From positions 4,410 through 68,409 of the forward strand of contig JBLHJX010000002.1 in NCBI GenBank assembly GCA_047619225.1: a DNA stretch of 64,000 nt, written 5' to 3'. The position numbers and the translations under genes were made by a program. The notes under the pieces are model-generated. The model was not told the DNA's origin and made no database searches. It worked only from the letters and a program-made list of their open reading frames with translations. Source of the DNA: Candidatus Latescibacterota bacterium. Lineage in GTDB: Bacteria > Latescibacterota > UBA2968. Below are positions 44,973 to 54,800 of the stretch, piece after piece; within the stretch, counting starts at the first letter, position 1, and every line of letters begins with the position of its first letter.

Positions 44973-45267
44973 CCAAAAAACTCTGATTTCACCCATGGTG
45001 GTGTGGGCCGTTGCATAGTTGGTTTAATTACTCCAAAAACTTCAACTTCACCCACGGCGGTGTGGGCCGTTGTGTGGTTGGTGTGGAAAGGAAGGGTGTG
45101 TGCGGAAGGGGCATATGGAATATGCCGGAAGGGTGGGAACCACGCGGGCTGGTGAGGGTGGCCTCCGCTCATAAAAACACTGAAGTACATTAAAGCCCCA
45201 CGCAGTGGCACCCTTCTTTTGCCTACTTTTCTTGGGGTGTACCAAGAAAAGTAGGACGCCGTAGGCA
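44973..45267 (+). repeat. Structured intergenic repeat, copy 3, with duplicated left module
   Basis: The left module CCAAAAA.CT....TTCACCC..GG.GGTGTGGGCCGTTG occurs twice (44973-45018 and 45031-45076). The rest is collinear with copy 2. The terminal hairpin is 45222-45255 plus ACGCCGTAGGCA. Confidence 0.8.
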
Positions 45268-45271
45268 GACG

Positions 45272-46462
45272 TTACCGTGCCCCCGGATACGCACCCGCTG
45301 GATGTTTCAACAATTCCTCCTCAATCAAATCCGACCCCAACCCCGGCCGCGTTGGCACCTGCAAAAACCCATCCCGAATCTCAAACGGATGCGTCATAAT
45401 TTCATCCCGCCAAGGCGCGTCATCTACATCCATCTCACAAATAAAAAAATTAGGCACCGTCGCACACACATTGGCAGAAACCAACGTATTGATCGGACTG
45501 TGACAATTATGCGGCGCAATCAACGTATCATATGCATGCGCAAAATCACAGATCTTCTTCCCCATCGTAATCCCATTCCAAGCCAAATCAGGCATAATCA
45601 CATCTTGCGCATGCAACTGCAAAAACGGTTTATACCCCAACACCCCAAACAAACTTTCCCCTGTACAAATCGGCGTTGTCGTCGACTCGCGTATCGTACG
45701 CAATGCCTCCGCATCAAACGTCTCCGTCTCCAACCACATCAAATCATACGGCTCCAACACCCGCGCCAGTTTAATCGCGCCACCCAACTTAAACGTAAAC
45801 GCCACATCCAACGCAATCCCCACATCTGGCCCCAACACCTCCCGAAACGCACCCACTATCGCCTCCGCATTGCGCAACACAGGCCCAGGTGCGTCCCCCG
45901 CGTGCGTCGAAAACGCATTGCGCACCCACTTTGTATCGGGCCGATCTTGCAGCGGAAACAAATTCGTCTTAATCGCTGTAAATCCACGTTCCAACACTTC
46001 CTCAGCCAACCGTTTCACATCATCCGTCGTCTCCACGCATGGCACCCCAATCCGCTCGGCCCGCTCAGGTTGCGCCCGAATAGATCCACAATGTGACCAA
46101 TACAACCGCATCTCATCGCGCATCTTCCCCCCCAACAGTTGCCACACCGGCGCATTCAACACCTTCCCCCGAATATCCCACAATGCCGAATCAATGCCTG
46201 ACATCGCTTTATAAGCAATGCCTCCCATATGCCGCACAGATGCCGCGTTGAGCTCCCACCAAATCGCCTCAGCCTGCATCGGGTCTTTGCCAATAATCCA
46301 TTCCGAATACCGTTCCACCGTTGCCACAACCGGCCCAGGCGATCCCCAATCCGTACAATCTCCCCATCCAATCACACCCGGATCACTCGTCTCAATCTTT
46401 ACAAACGTCCACGGGCGAAACCCACCATCTACAATAAACGTCTTCACTTTTGTAATTTTCAT
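45272..46462 (-). CDS. Enolase-superfamily (mandelate racemase/muconate lactonizing) sugar-acid dehydratase-like enzyme
   Basis: 396 aa. MKITKVKTFIVDGGFRPWTFVKIETSDPGVIGWGDCT resembles the start of the galactonate/mannonate dehydratase subgroup. Confidence 0.85.
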   Translation of the reverse strand: MKITKVKTFIVDGGFRPWTFVKIETSDPGVIGWGDCTDWGSPGPVVATVERYSEWIIGKDPMQAEAIWWELNAASVRHMGGIAYKAMSGIDSALWDIRGKVLNAPVWQLLGGKMRDEMRLYWSHCGSIRAQPERAERIGVPCVETTDDVKRLAEEVLERGFTAIKTNLFPLQDRPDTKWVRNAFSTHAGDAPGPVLRNAEAIVGAFREVLGPDVGIALDVAFTFKLGGAIKLARVLEPYDLMWLETETFDAEALRTIRESTTTPICTGESLFGVLGYKPFLQLHAQDVIMPDLAWNGITMGKKICDFAHAYDTLIAPHNCHSPINTLVSANVCATVPNFFICEMDVDDAPWRDEIMTHPFEIRDGFLQVPTRPGLGSDLIEEELLKHPAGAYPGAR

Positions 46463-46469
46463 AACATCC

Positions 46470-46928
46470 TTAATCCTCTTCAGGATTTAAAATAAAAAGC
46501 CCCTCTTGCCTTGCGATCTGACAAAAGGGGATATCGGCACATACAAAATAATCAAGTGGTGCTTGTCTATGAAATTCAAGTGCAACAGCTAACTGGAGTG
46601 CATCTAACGTTCGCAAATTTTCAGTGCGTGCATATGTCATCAACAGACGGATCGCACGTTGTTGATGTATGAGATTAAGAGGAAGAATACGGAGCTTACG
46701 ATTTCGAATATCTGAAAGGAATCGACTACGTAAAATACGAAAGTCATTTGGAATCAATATCCCCATACGAACAAGTCGAGCAAGAGCAGAATGCCATTCA
46801 ATCAGTCCAAGACGTGAAATAAAGATGCGATTGCTTGGTTCGTTAATGAGGTCTATAACTTTCTTCCGGCCTATTTCCTCATGATAATATTTAATCAGGG
46901 CACTGGTATCAAAAAAACAGTTTGCCAT
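46470..46928 (-). CDS. vapC: PIN-domain toxin (VapC-like)
   Basis: 152 aa with an N-terminal FFDTSALIKY acidic residue and LRTLDALQLAVA. Confidence 0.8.
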   Translation of the reverse strand: MANCFFDTSALIKYYHEEIGRKKVIDLINEPSNRIFISRLGLIEWHSALARLVRMGILIPNDFRILRSRFLSDIRNRKLRILPLNLIHQQRAIRLLMTYARTENLRTLDALQLAVALEFHRQAPLDYFVCADIPFCQIARQEGLFILNPEED

Positions 46929-47236
46929 TACCGCTCATCTCTTTCTTCACTTATCATTTTTGCCATAGATCCTTTGATTTTAGAAGTGATTTTGAGAACT
47001 TCTTCCATAGTTATAGAAGAGTCCGCTTCGGCCATCATTTCCTGCCCAAGGTCAGACGCCCAAAACTCTTTATCTTCTAAATCATGAGATGCATCTTCGA
47101 TTTGATAAGAAGTTTGCAACTGTGCCTCTATTCTTCGCCTCACTTCCATCAAATCTTCCGACGAAAGTTTACAAACCGTCTCAATCAATCTTTCCAAAGG
47201 CAATTGAATACTCACATCTTTATCCGTAATGGCCAT
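46928..47236 (-). CDS. Putative cognate antitoxin
   Basis: 102 aa and acidic. Its stop overlaps the vapC ATG (TAATG). The family is not recognised. Confidence 0.55.
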   Translation of the reverse strand: MAITDKDVSIQLPLERLIETVCKLSSEDLMEVRRRIEAQLQTSYQIEDASHDLEDKEFWASDLGQEMMAEADSSITMEEVLKITSKIKGSMAKMISEERDER

Positions 47237-47294
47237 CTTTCCCCTCTTTAATCAGAGATTCTATATTGTCAACACACCTCTCGAAATATATCCC

Positions 47295-47339
47295 AATCAC
47301 AGATAGAATTCAAGCCATCAATCACATGATCAAATCACA
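47295..47339 (-). promoter_or_regulatory. Three direct AATCACA repeats upstream of the antitoxin gene
   Basis: Copies lie at 47295-47301, 47320-47326 and 47333-47339 (TGTGATT on the coding strand). A TTGACA hexamer lies downstream of them, close to ATG 47236. Confidence 0.3.
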
Positions 47340-47348
47340 GCTTACTTT

Positions 47349-47987
47349 TCACAGTTTACCCACCTCATCCAATCGCAAAACTTTTGCCCCCACCGCTATC
47401 AAATGGGCGTTGGCATCACTCTCCAAAGTATACACAATTTTTCCTGCTGCAATAACATCTTGCGCCAAAACCGCCGTTTTGCCATTAGGATTGGCATGAA
47501 CAACAAGCACGTCTTGGGCAAGTGTAGCCACAAACCGATTGCGCAGTTCAGACAAAGCCGCCGTCACGCGCATGTGCCGATCTTCAAATGGAGACAATAC
47601 CAACATCTGTCCACTCTGAATCTTCGACCGCCAAGTCACAGGCACCCGCATCCGATTTAAACTCCGTGCCGGACAAACCACAATGGGTTGATCACCCCGC
47701 ATCAACACATCAAACGCTTCTTTTTCCATGGGTGTATGAAATCCACTGATCACAGTAGCACCCGAATCGCGCAAATGTTGTGCAACATCATATGTTTTAA
47801 GCACCAAATCACCAGGGCAACGAACCGAGCAAAACATGCCCAACAAACTGGGCTGTAAAATATCGAAATTGCCTAAGAATGAAAGACGGTGTGGGGATTC
47901 AAAAAGAGAGGACGTTTTAAGCGCAGGCGGGTAGCGAGAATCGTCGGTCAGAATATGGTGAATAGAAACATTCATAGAGATACCCAT
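47349..47987 (-). CDS. Stand-alone DprA/Smf-like Rossmann (SLOG-type) domain protein
   Basis: Track ORF extends to TTG 48002; ATG 47987 is an alternative. The core is GMFCSVRCPG..ATVISGFHTPMEKEAFDVLMRG..IVVCPARSL..LVLSPFE..RNRFVATLAQDVLVVHANPNGKT. Confidence 0.6.
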   Translation of the reverse strand: MGISMNVSIHHILTDDSRYPPALKTSSLFESPHRLSFLGNFDILQPSLLGMFCSVRCPGDLVLKTYDVAQHLRDSGATVISGFHTPMEKEAFDVLMRGDQPIVVCPARSLNRMRVPVTWRSKIQSGQMLVLSPFEDRHMRVTAALSELRNRFVATLAQDVLVVHANPNGKTAVLAQDVIAAGKIVYTLESDANAHLIAVGAKVLRLDEVGKL

Positions 47988-47998
47988 TAACAATAATG

Positions 47999-48415
47999 TC
48001 AAATAGCAGCCATTGTCGGTTTAATGTCCACAAACGTCAACGGTATCTGCTCTGTGGGAGAAACTTGAAAATGTGACACCTTTAAAAACTGGCTCACAGG
48101 CATTGACATAATAATCTGAAAAACCATATCCTGCAAATCTTCTGGCAGGTTATCCAACTTGTTCAGAGGAAAACTACGCGGCCCATATTCTGTTCGCTCG
48201 GTCAAAATAGAAAAATCAAGCAACAGCAAACTGATCGCGCGTTTGCTTCTTCTGTTAAACCGCAAAACAATGTGATCCGTAATTTCAACACCCGTGGCCG
48301 ATTCATTCTCACCAAAAAAGATCTCCAGATGATCAGCCTCTTGATCATAAACGAGATGAACCAAAGTGCCGTCAGAGGTTGTGGTTTCTGTCTTAACAAG
48401 ATTGAGTTCGCTCAT
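47999..48415 (-). CDS. DUF2283-like small protein
   Basis: 138 aa. LVYDQEADHLEIFFGENE...EITDHIVLRFN fits my recollection of the DUF2283 signature. It lies immediately upstream of the DprA-like gene. Confidence 0.5.
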   Translation of the reverse strand: MSELNLVKTETTTSDGTLVHLVYDQEADHLEIFFGENESATGVEITDHIVLRFNRRSKRAISLLLLDFSILTERTEYGPRSFPLNKLDNLPEDLQDMVFQIIMSMPVSQFLKVSHFQVSPTEQIPLTFVDIKPTMAAI

Positions 48416-48536
48416 TGGCTCATCAACATTTATGACATATTCCTCGAAAAGATTCTATGGACAATCATGTTCTATAAAAATAGCCAAACAAAATCAAAAT
48501 GCCAATCACAAACACGCTTCCCGATTTGGGAAAGAG

Positions 48537-50869
48537 CTATTCATCCACATCAATCCCCATCCGATATTTGATGTCGTAATTGATAATAAAATCCAATTCC
48601 TCATCCGTAAACCCATAATGCTGCGCCAATACACGATCAATCTCGTCTATGATGGGTTTGCTAACACGCGGTTGAAATGTTTGGATGTTTTTTATACCAA
48701 ATTTTCCATAATTATTTGTAAGAATTTTTGAATTTTTCTCAAAATCTTTCATAAGCTTTCTAGCCAAAGAAGATATTTCACTAACAGAGGAAAGCTTGTT
48801 TAAAGAAGATCTGAAGTGATCAAGTTCTCGCCGATTCACATTACGCACATCTGAAAAAGCATTAAAAAACCAAAAGAAAAGTGTCGAATTGAGTAAAGCA
48901 ATAAGAGCATAAACTTCAGAGGAATTATTAAGACGGATTTCTTTTAGTTCCGTTGGAGCTAACGCATTATCCTTTTCATCGGTGATTTTTGGTATAAAAT
49001 CGAAAAATTGAACGAAATATCTGAGTTTTCGAGTATAGTAAACAATATGATTAGCATTTTTCCGATAAAATTGATACAAAATCGGATGCTTCTGTATCTT
49101 CTCCAGTATTGACATTTCTAATGGTGTAGAGATTTTTGCAATGGCATCCTTTACCAAATTCGATTCTGCCTTTTGATCAACATATTTTGTTGTTCCAAGA
49201 AGATGGTCTCGTTCTTCAGAGAGCCAGCGGTGATACTTTGAAATAAAAAACCCTTCTCCACCAGCAAAATCTGAAAGCCAAATAGTTAGACGTTTTTCAA
49301 CACCATTAAATAGTTTTGATGGACGCTCTGCAAAATTCGTTATCCAAGACTTGATATTTTTATTTATAAATAATTTTCGGAGATCAGAGAATCCATCAGC
49401 ACTAACAATTGAAATTGGAATAATCATTCCGAATTTTCCATACTCTTTCAAAAGTATAAAGGAACGTTCTATAATAAACGCATATAGATCCCCACAGGAC
49501 TCTGTCCTATAATTTTTTATATTATATGACTTTTGAACCTTTCTGTATTCCACATAAGGCGGATTCCCAATAATTATGTCAAACCCACCACTTTCCATAA
49601 TTGCATAAAAATCCACAAACCAGTGAAAGGGCTGATGTGTGGCAAGCCACTCTGCATATTTTTTATGCTGTTTATCTGGGTCAATAATATTATACTCTGT
49701 AGCAAGGTAACGATTGAGTTCATTTTCAAGGTCAGCAAGGCGGTCGCGCAATTCTTTCTTATGTCCAGCAGTGATGTTGCCCCCATGCTGAGTTTGTTGT
49801 TCCCGAAATTGTTTAAACGCCTTTGCCGCATTCTCCGTACGTTCCTGAATTTTGGGCAATTCGAGTTGCTTCACCAAATCAGTTTTAAGTGTCCGTTTCA
49901 CATCCTCAAATGTCGCAAACCCAACCAACGTATTGCCCGCACGAATGTTAAAATCAATATCTGGCAACGGTTCAAGATCTTCTACATTTTCAATTTGAGA
50001 CACGAGTTTCAAAAACAGCCGCAGCTTGCAAATCTCCGTCGCTTCGGCCATAATATCTACACCAAAGAGATTCTTCAAAATAATGGTTTTGTAAATGAAA
50101 TAGGCACGGCTGGCATGATCCTCTACCTGTTGCAATGTCTCCCGAAAATCACTGAACTTTTTCGGCGAGTGTTTTTCACCCGAACGATCCAAATCATCTA
50201 CAAAATGCTGCATCCGAATCAGGCACATATCATACAGCGGTTCAAGAATATTCAAAGCCGCAAACAGAAACGCGCCCGAACCACACGTGGGGTCGAGCAC
50301 AGTCACATTAGAAATGGCCTTATAAAAGGCACGCAACACGTCAGCATCTTCACACCGGTCAATTGCATCACGCGCAAATTGAATAATATCCAAATTCAGC
50401 GTGATAAAATCATTGATCGTTGTCACATCACCATTTTGCAATTTTTAGCGCACATCCAAACATCGCTGCCGTCGCGCCACATGCTCGCGCCAGGTTTCGG
50501 TGGGCAAAGCATACACAGCATCCGCAGCTTTGTTCCAGCCATCGCGCTTCGACACATCGCCCACACCCACCTCAATGTCATCGGGCAATGCAACCACCTG
50601 CCCCTCATCGCCAATCACCCCTTTTAAAACCGCATCATAAATATAACGATCAGGGTCATCTTTAAGAGGTTGCCACAAAGGGGCATCTGGCGAACATGCA
50701 TAAACCACCATGCCACGCTTCTCCGCTATCGCAGTCAGTTCGTAATCATAGTCATCAATCTCTATAACCTGATTGGCTGGCGAAAGTCCCAACCCAATTC
50801 CTGTGTGAACAACCCGCTAAAATCACACTTCCCCAAACGCTCCAAAACGGCTTTTTTGTCAATATTCAT
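48537..50869 (-). pseudogene. Gamma-class N6-adenine DNA methyltransferase (Eco57I/type IIG-like) in three pieces
   Basis: Piece 1 runs from ATG 50869 to the stop at 50762 (MNIDKKAVLERLGKCDFSGLFTQELGWD...). Piece 2 is 50445..50792 in the -1/+2 frame. An in-frame TAA lies at 50445-50447. Piece 3 is 48537..50441 (634 aa) and carries VLDPTCGSGAFL (motif I) and IIIGNPPYV (motif IV). Confidence 0.7.
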
Positions 50870-50973
50870 GAACGACCATCCAAAGGGTTGATATTCAAAC
50901 ACATTTGTGCTATATTTGGTTTAGCGACCAGCATGGGCCGGTGTCAACCGACTCTGGACAATGTCCCTGGCCG

Positions 50974-51741
50974 CTACTTTTTTTGCTGTTCTGCAATCCA
51001 ACCCAACACATCTTGCAAATCTTCTCCACTGCGGTAAATAAGCCGGTCAATGGCAATAATACCACTTTCATCAAACGATTTGACCGGTAATCCTGCCTTG
51101 CCCTCTTCCTTCTTGCGCGCACTTAACGCACACATATCGCACAATTGCAGCATGAGGCTTTTTGTCGATTCGATAAAAAACCCCTTTTCTACAATCCGAT
51201 CCAACCGCAATTTACCCTCAATACCGCGTAAAATTTTGATCGATTTTTCAATATCGTGACCAATTTCCTTGTTTTCATCTGAAATAATCACGCCTCGTTG
51301 TGTGCCAGGCAACGTATGCAAATATTCGTTGGCCACATGGGCAACCAGTGGAAAAGCAACAATATGCGGATTAATCTGCACCCCCAAACCAAAGGTATTT
51401 TGCTGCCAACGCTGATACCGTTTTTTAACAATCGCACGATATATCAGCTTTAAATCATGACGGTGGGCAATATCAAAACAGGCGTCGCGAAAAACGATAC
51501 GATCACCCACCGACATATCTTTAAACGATCCTCTGCCCGAGCGCAAGTCTGTGCCATGAATTTCAAAATTGTCAGGACGTGGATCAGGAAAATAAGTGTC
51601 AATCAAAGTTTGCAAGTCACGCTCAGCATCTTGCCAAACCTCCTCAGGCACCACAAGCCCCGCCAGCACAAAAACAGGCTGTTGGGTGTCATCCAAGTTA
51701 TTGCCTGTATTGCCAGACTCATCAAAATAGATCAAATGCAC
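50974..51741 (-). CDS. DUF3800-family protein
   Basis: 255 aa with the MHLIYFDESGNTG start and the LMLQLCDMCA block, as I recall for DUF3800. Confidence 0.65.
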   Translation of the reverse strand: MHLIYFDESGNTGNNLDDTQQPVFVLAGLVVPEEVWQDAERDLQTLIDTYFPDPRPDNFEIHGTDLRSGRGSFKDMSVGDRIVFRDACFDIAHRHDLKLIYRAIVKKRYQRWQQNTFGLGVQINPHIVAFPLVAHVANEYLHTLPGTQRGVIISDENKEIGHDIEKSIKILRGIEGKLRLDRIVEKGFFIESTKSLMLQLCDMCALSARKKEEGKAGLPVKSFDESGIIAIDRLIYRSGEDLQDVLGWIAEQQKK

Positions 51742-51811
51742 AGCAATTTGTTCCTCAAATCAGTAGCTTGTGAATTAAAAAAATAAATGAAATCCATCAC
51801 GAGAATAAAAC

Positions 51812-54800
51812 CTATACCTCCTGCTTCAAACCCATCGAACAAATAATACGAGATTCCTGCCTTTGAACATCGTCGTGAATCACACACAAACGATTATCTT
51901 CCCGCAATGCAATCACAAGTTGAGCCAAGTTATCGTCTGAAATGCCGCTGCGAAGCTGGCGGTTCAACGTATCAGTTGCTACATTGGTCATCGGATATCG
52001 ATACATTTCTTCAATCGTACGGTGCAAAAGTGCCGTATCAAAAAGCGTGTTCTTAATACGATCTGCATAGCTTTTAAGCCGTTCATACACCCGAAAACGC
52101 GCACCCGAAGGACGCCCCAATGTGCCACCAACCGATTTGGATTCACTGGCAATATGCTTCAACCCCGCCAAAACCATTTGATGATGATTATCATGATGAA
52201 GTTGAGGAAGTGTCTCAGGACCACACTCAGCGGCACGCAAAATAGAAAATTGCGACTCTGTAATGCTGTTGCCCCCTTTATCTACCCACGCCAATGCATC
52301 ATTACCCTCGGCAGTTCTGACATAAACAAGTGCGCCTTCGGGATATGCTGTGTTCGGATTATGGGGCTTAGTGGCATAAACCACAGATGGCAATTCTGGC
52401 ACACGCTTGGCAAGGCTGGGATCGCGATCAGTGGCATTTTTCCAAATCTGATACGCATACGATGCCAAATCGATTTCGGTGTCATCATCCCCATCTAAAA
52501 CACCTGCCTTCTCCGTAAACAAATCACGCATGATATCTTCGTCATCATCATCTTCAAAAAACGATTCATCGGTACCAACGACCTCGGCATTTTCATGGAG
52601 CCGTTGCCGCACCCGAGCACGCAAGTTGATAATACGTTCAACACCCTCAGCAGGTAAAAAAGAATAGCACAAAATACGCTCAGACAACTGTCCAATACGA
52701 TCCACACGCCCAGCGCGTTGAATCAAACGAATAATGGCCCAAGGCAAATCGAAGTTGACAATAATCGCTGCGTCTTGAAGGTTTTGACCTTCACTCAGCA
52801 CATCGGTCGCAATCAAAACACGCAATGTTTGCTCAGGTGCAATCTGATCCTGTTTGTCATTGCTCACAGGGCTAAAACGATGTGCCAGATGTGTTGGATC
52901 AGATGAACCACCGGTCACACCCGAGAGCTGATCGGCTCCACGTTTCTTAAGCTGCTGTTCTAAATAGCTAACCGTATCTGCAAACTGTGTAAAAACAATA
53001 ACTTTTTCATCAGGATGTTGCTTAATCAGCAAATCTTCTAAAAGATTCAATTTCACATCTTTTTCCGGCAGCCAATCTCCACAAGTTTTCAACATTTGAA
53101 TAAGCTTGCGTGCATCTTTTAAAAGGTGCTTTCTCAAATTCTCATTAAATAAATCAGACCGAATCCAACGGAAACGCCGCCGAAATTTTGTGGCATATTG
53201 GGCATAAACATCCTCAGCACGCTTTAGAAAATCAGACTCTTTCCTCAGCGTTGTTCCTTGCACCTCAACAACTTCAGTAACATCATCTTCAAACAAGTCA
53301 CCAGGTGCATTGACATCATCAACATCGACATCTGTCAAACGCGCATCCAAGATACCAGGGTCTTGTGTACCAATGGGAATAGGTGCTTTGCTTTCAATAG
53401 CGTGCAAATAGATAAAATTGCGCAAAATATGGCGTTCAACAGATAAGGTAAAGGCATGACCACTGCTTTCGAGCCGTTTGAACAAATTGGTACGACAAAA
53501 TCCCATCAACCCTTTACCTGCGCGTGATAAATCTTGAAGAATTGTTTTTTCTGCGCCATTTGGTGATTGATCAGGCTTTGAAATTGTGTAATTGCCCAAT
53601 CCATAACGTGGCAAAAGCAAGCTGTTGATAGACCGAACAACAGGCTCTGAATACAAACGCGCATATTGATCTTCACCATTGCTATCTTCAATAGTAAATT
53701 GCACAGTCTTAGGTAAACGAATGGGAAAATAGGATTGGGTGCCATCTTCCAATTTTAAATACTCACGCCCCTCATCATCCAATTTTGCATAATTGCCTTT
53801 AATAAAACTGCGCGTGCGCCGAACCAGATACAACCGCATCAACTCCCGCCAGTCGTCGGCGTATTCACTTTTCTCAAATGCAGCCAAAGAACGGGGTGGG
53901 CTTTGATAGCGACGCATAAACTGTGTTTCGCCCATATCGCGCATCAACCGCTCTGGGCGTATGCCAATATCTTTCTCCTCAGGAATAAACAGACGAAGCT
54001 GATTTGCAAGATCGAGGTACGTTTTGTTATACGGCGTGGCCGAAAGCATAATCACTTTGCTTTCGCTTTGACGAATATATTCCTGAATAGCACGATAACG
54101 TTTGCCGTCTCGGTTTCGCAGATTATGACTTTCGTCTATCAACACCAAACGAAAACGTGCAGGCACATCAGGTAATAGTTGAATAACTTGGCTAAACGGT
54201 ACAATCATTGCGTGCAAACCATATTCACGCGTATAACTTTCCCACATACCCACAAGATTTTTGGGGCACAAAATCAATGTACTCAGATAATGATCATCCT
54301 GAAAAATTCGTGCCAATGCAGTGGCCATGAGCGTTTTGCCCAAACCAACCACATCACCAATCAGCACACCACCCCGTTTATTCAAGTGATGGGCAGCAAT
54401 TTTAACAGCCGCAACTTGGAAATCAAAAAGCTTGTTGCCAAAATCTCTGGGAATCCGAAACTCTGTTAATCCTTCCCGTGCCTCTTTAGAAAGGTGATAA
54501 GCCATTTTAAGGTAAATTTCATAGGGTGAAAGGGTCTGCTCACCCGCCCAACTTTCTTGGATAATCTGCTCTAACTCATCTGAAATATCAATACACCATC
54601 GATCTTCCCACCGCTCATCAAACCATTTGGATAGTTTGCGACAAGCATCTTGATCTAAAACATCAACATTCAATTCGCCCTGATAGGACAGCCCAGAAAG
54701 CGTCAAATTGCTGCTGCCAAGATAACCAACAATTGGACTCACAGGGTCTTCGCGAAACATGAGGTACAGTTTGGCGTGCAATGGATGTTTCAAAAACAGC

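Noticed and set aside
44023-45018. 331-aa plus-strand ORF opposite sulfatase 43465..44946
   Set aside because: It is an Arg/His/Pro-rich shadow ORF. The sulfatase on the minus strand has the CxPxR motif and full-length family collinearity.
36681-45267. Idea that the 230-bp repeat is a riboswitch or 5' leader common to sulfatase genes
   Set aside because: The two copies have the same genomic orientation while the adjacent sulfatase genes are on opposite strands. A shared sense-strand leader is therefore impossible.
36065-50447. Stop-codon reassignment of TAA (two genes have single in-frame TAA codons at 36065 and 50445)
   Set aside because: TAA terminates many well-supported genes in this window at the expected family lengths (for example copA, thiL, the VapB-like antitoxin and ino1). 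Point lesions or sequence errors are the simpler explanation.
49533-50627. 364-aa plus-strand ORF opposite the methyltransferase
   Set aside because: Its composition (runs of I, F, K, R, H) is typical of antisense reading of A+T-rich coding DNA. The minus strand carries the methylase motifs.
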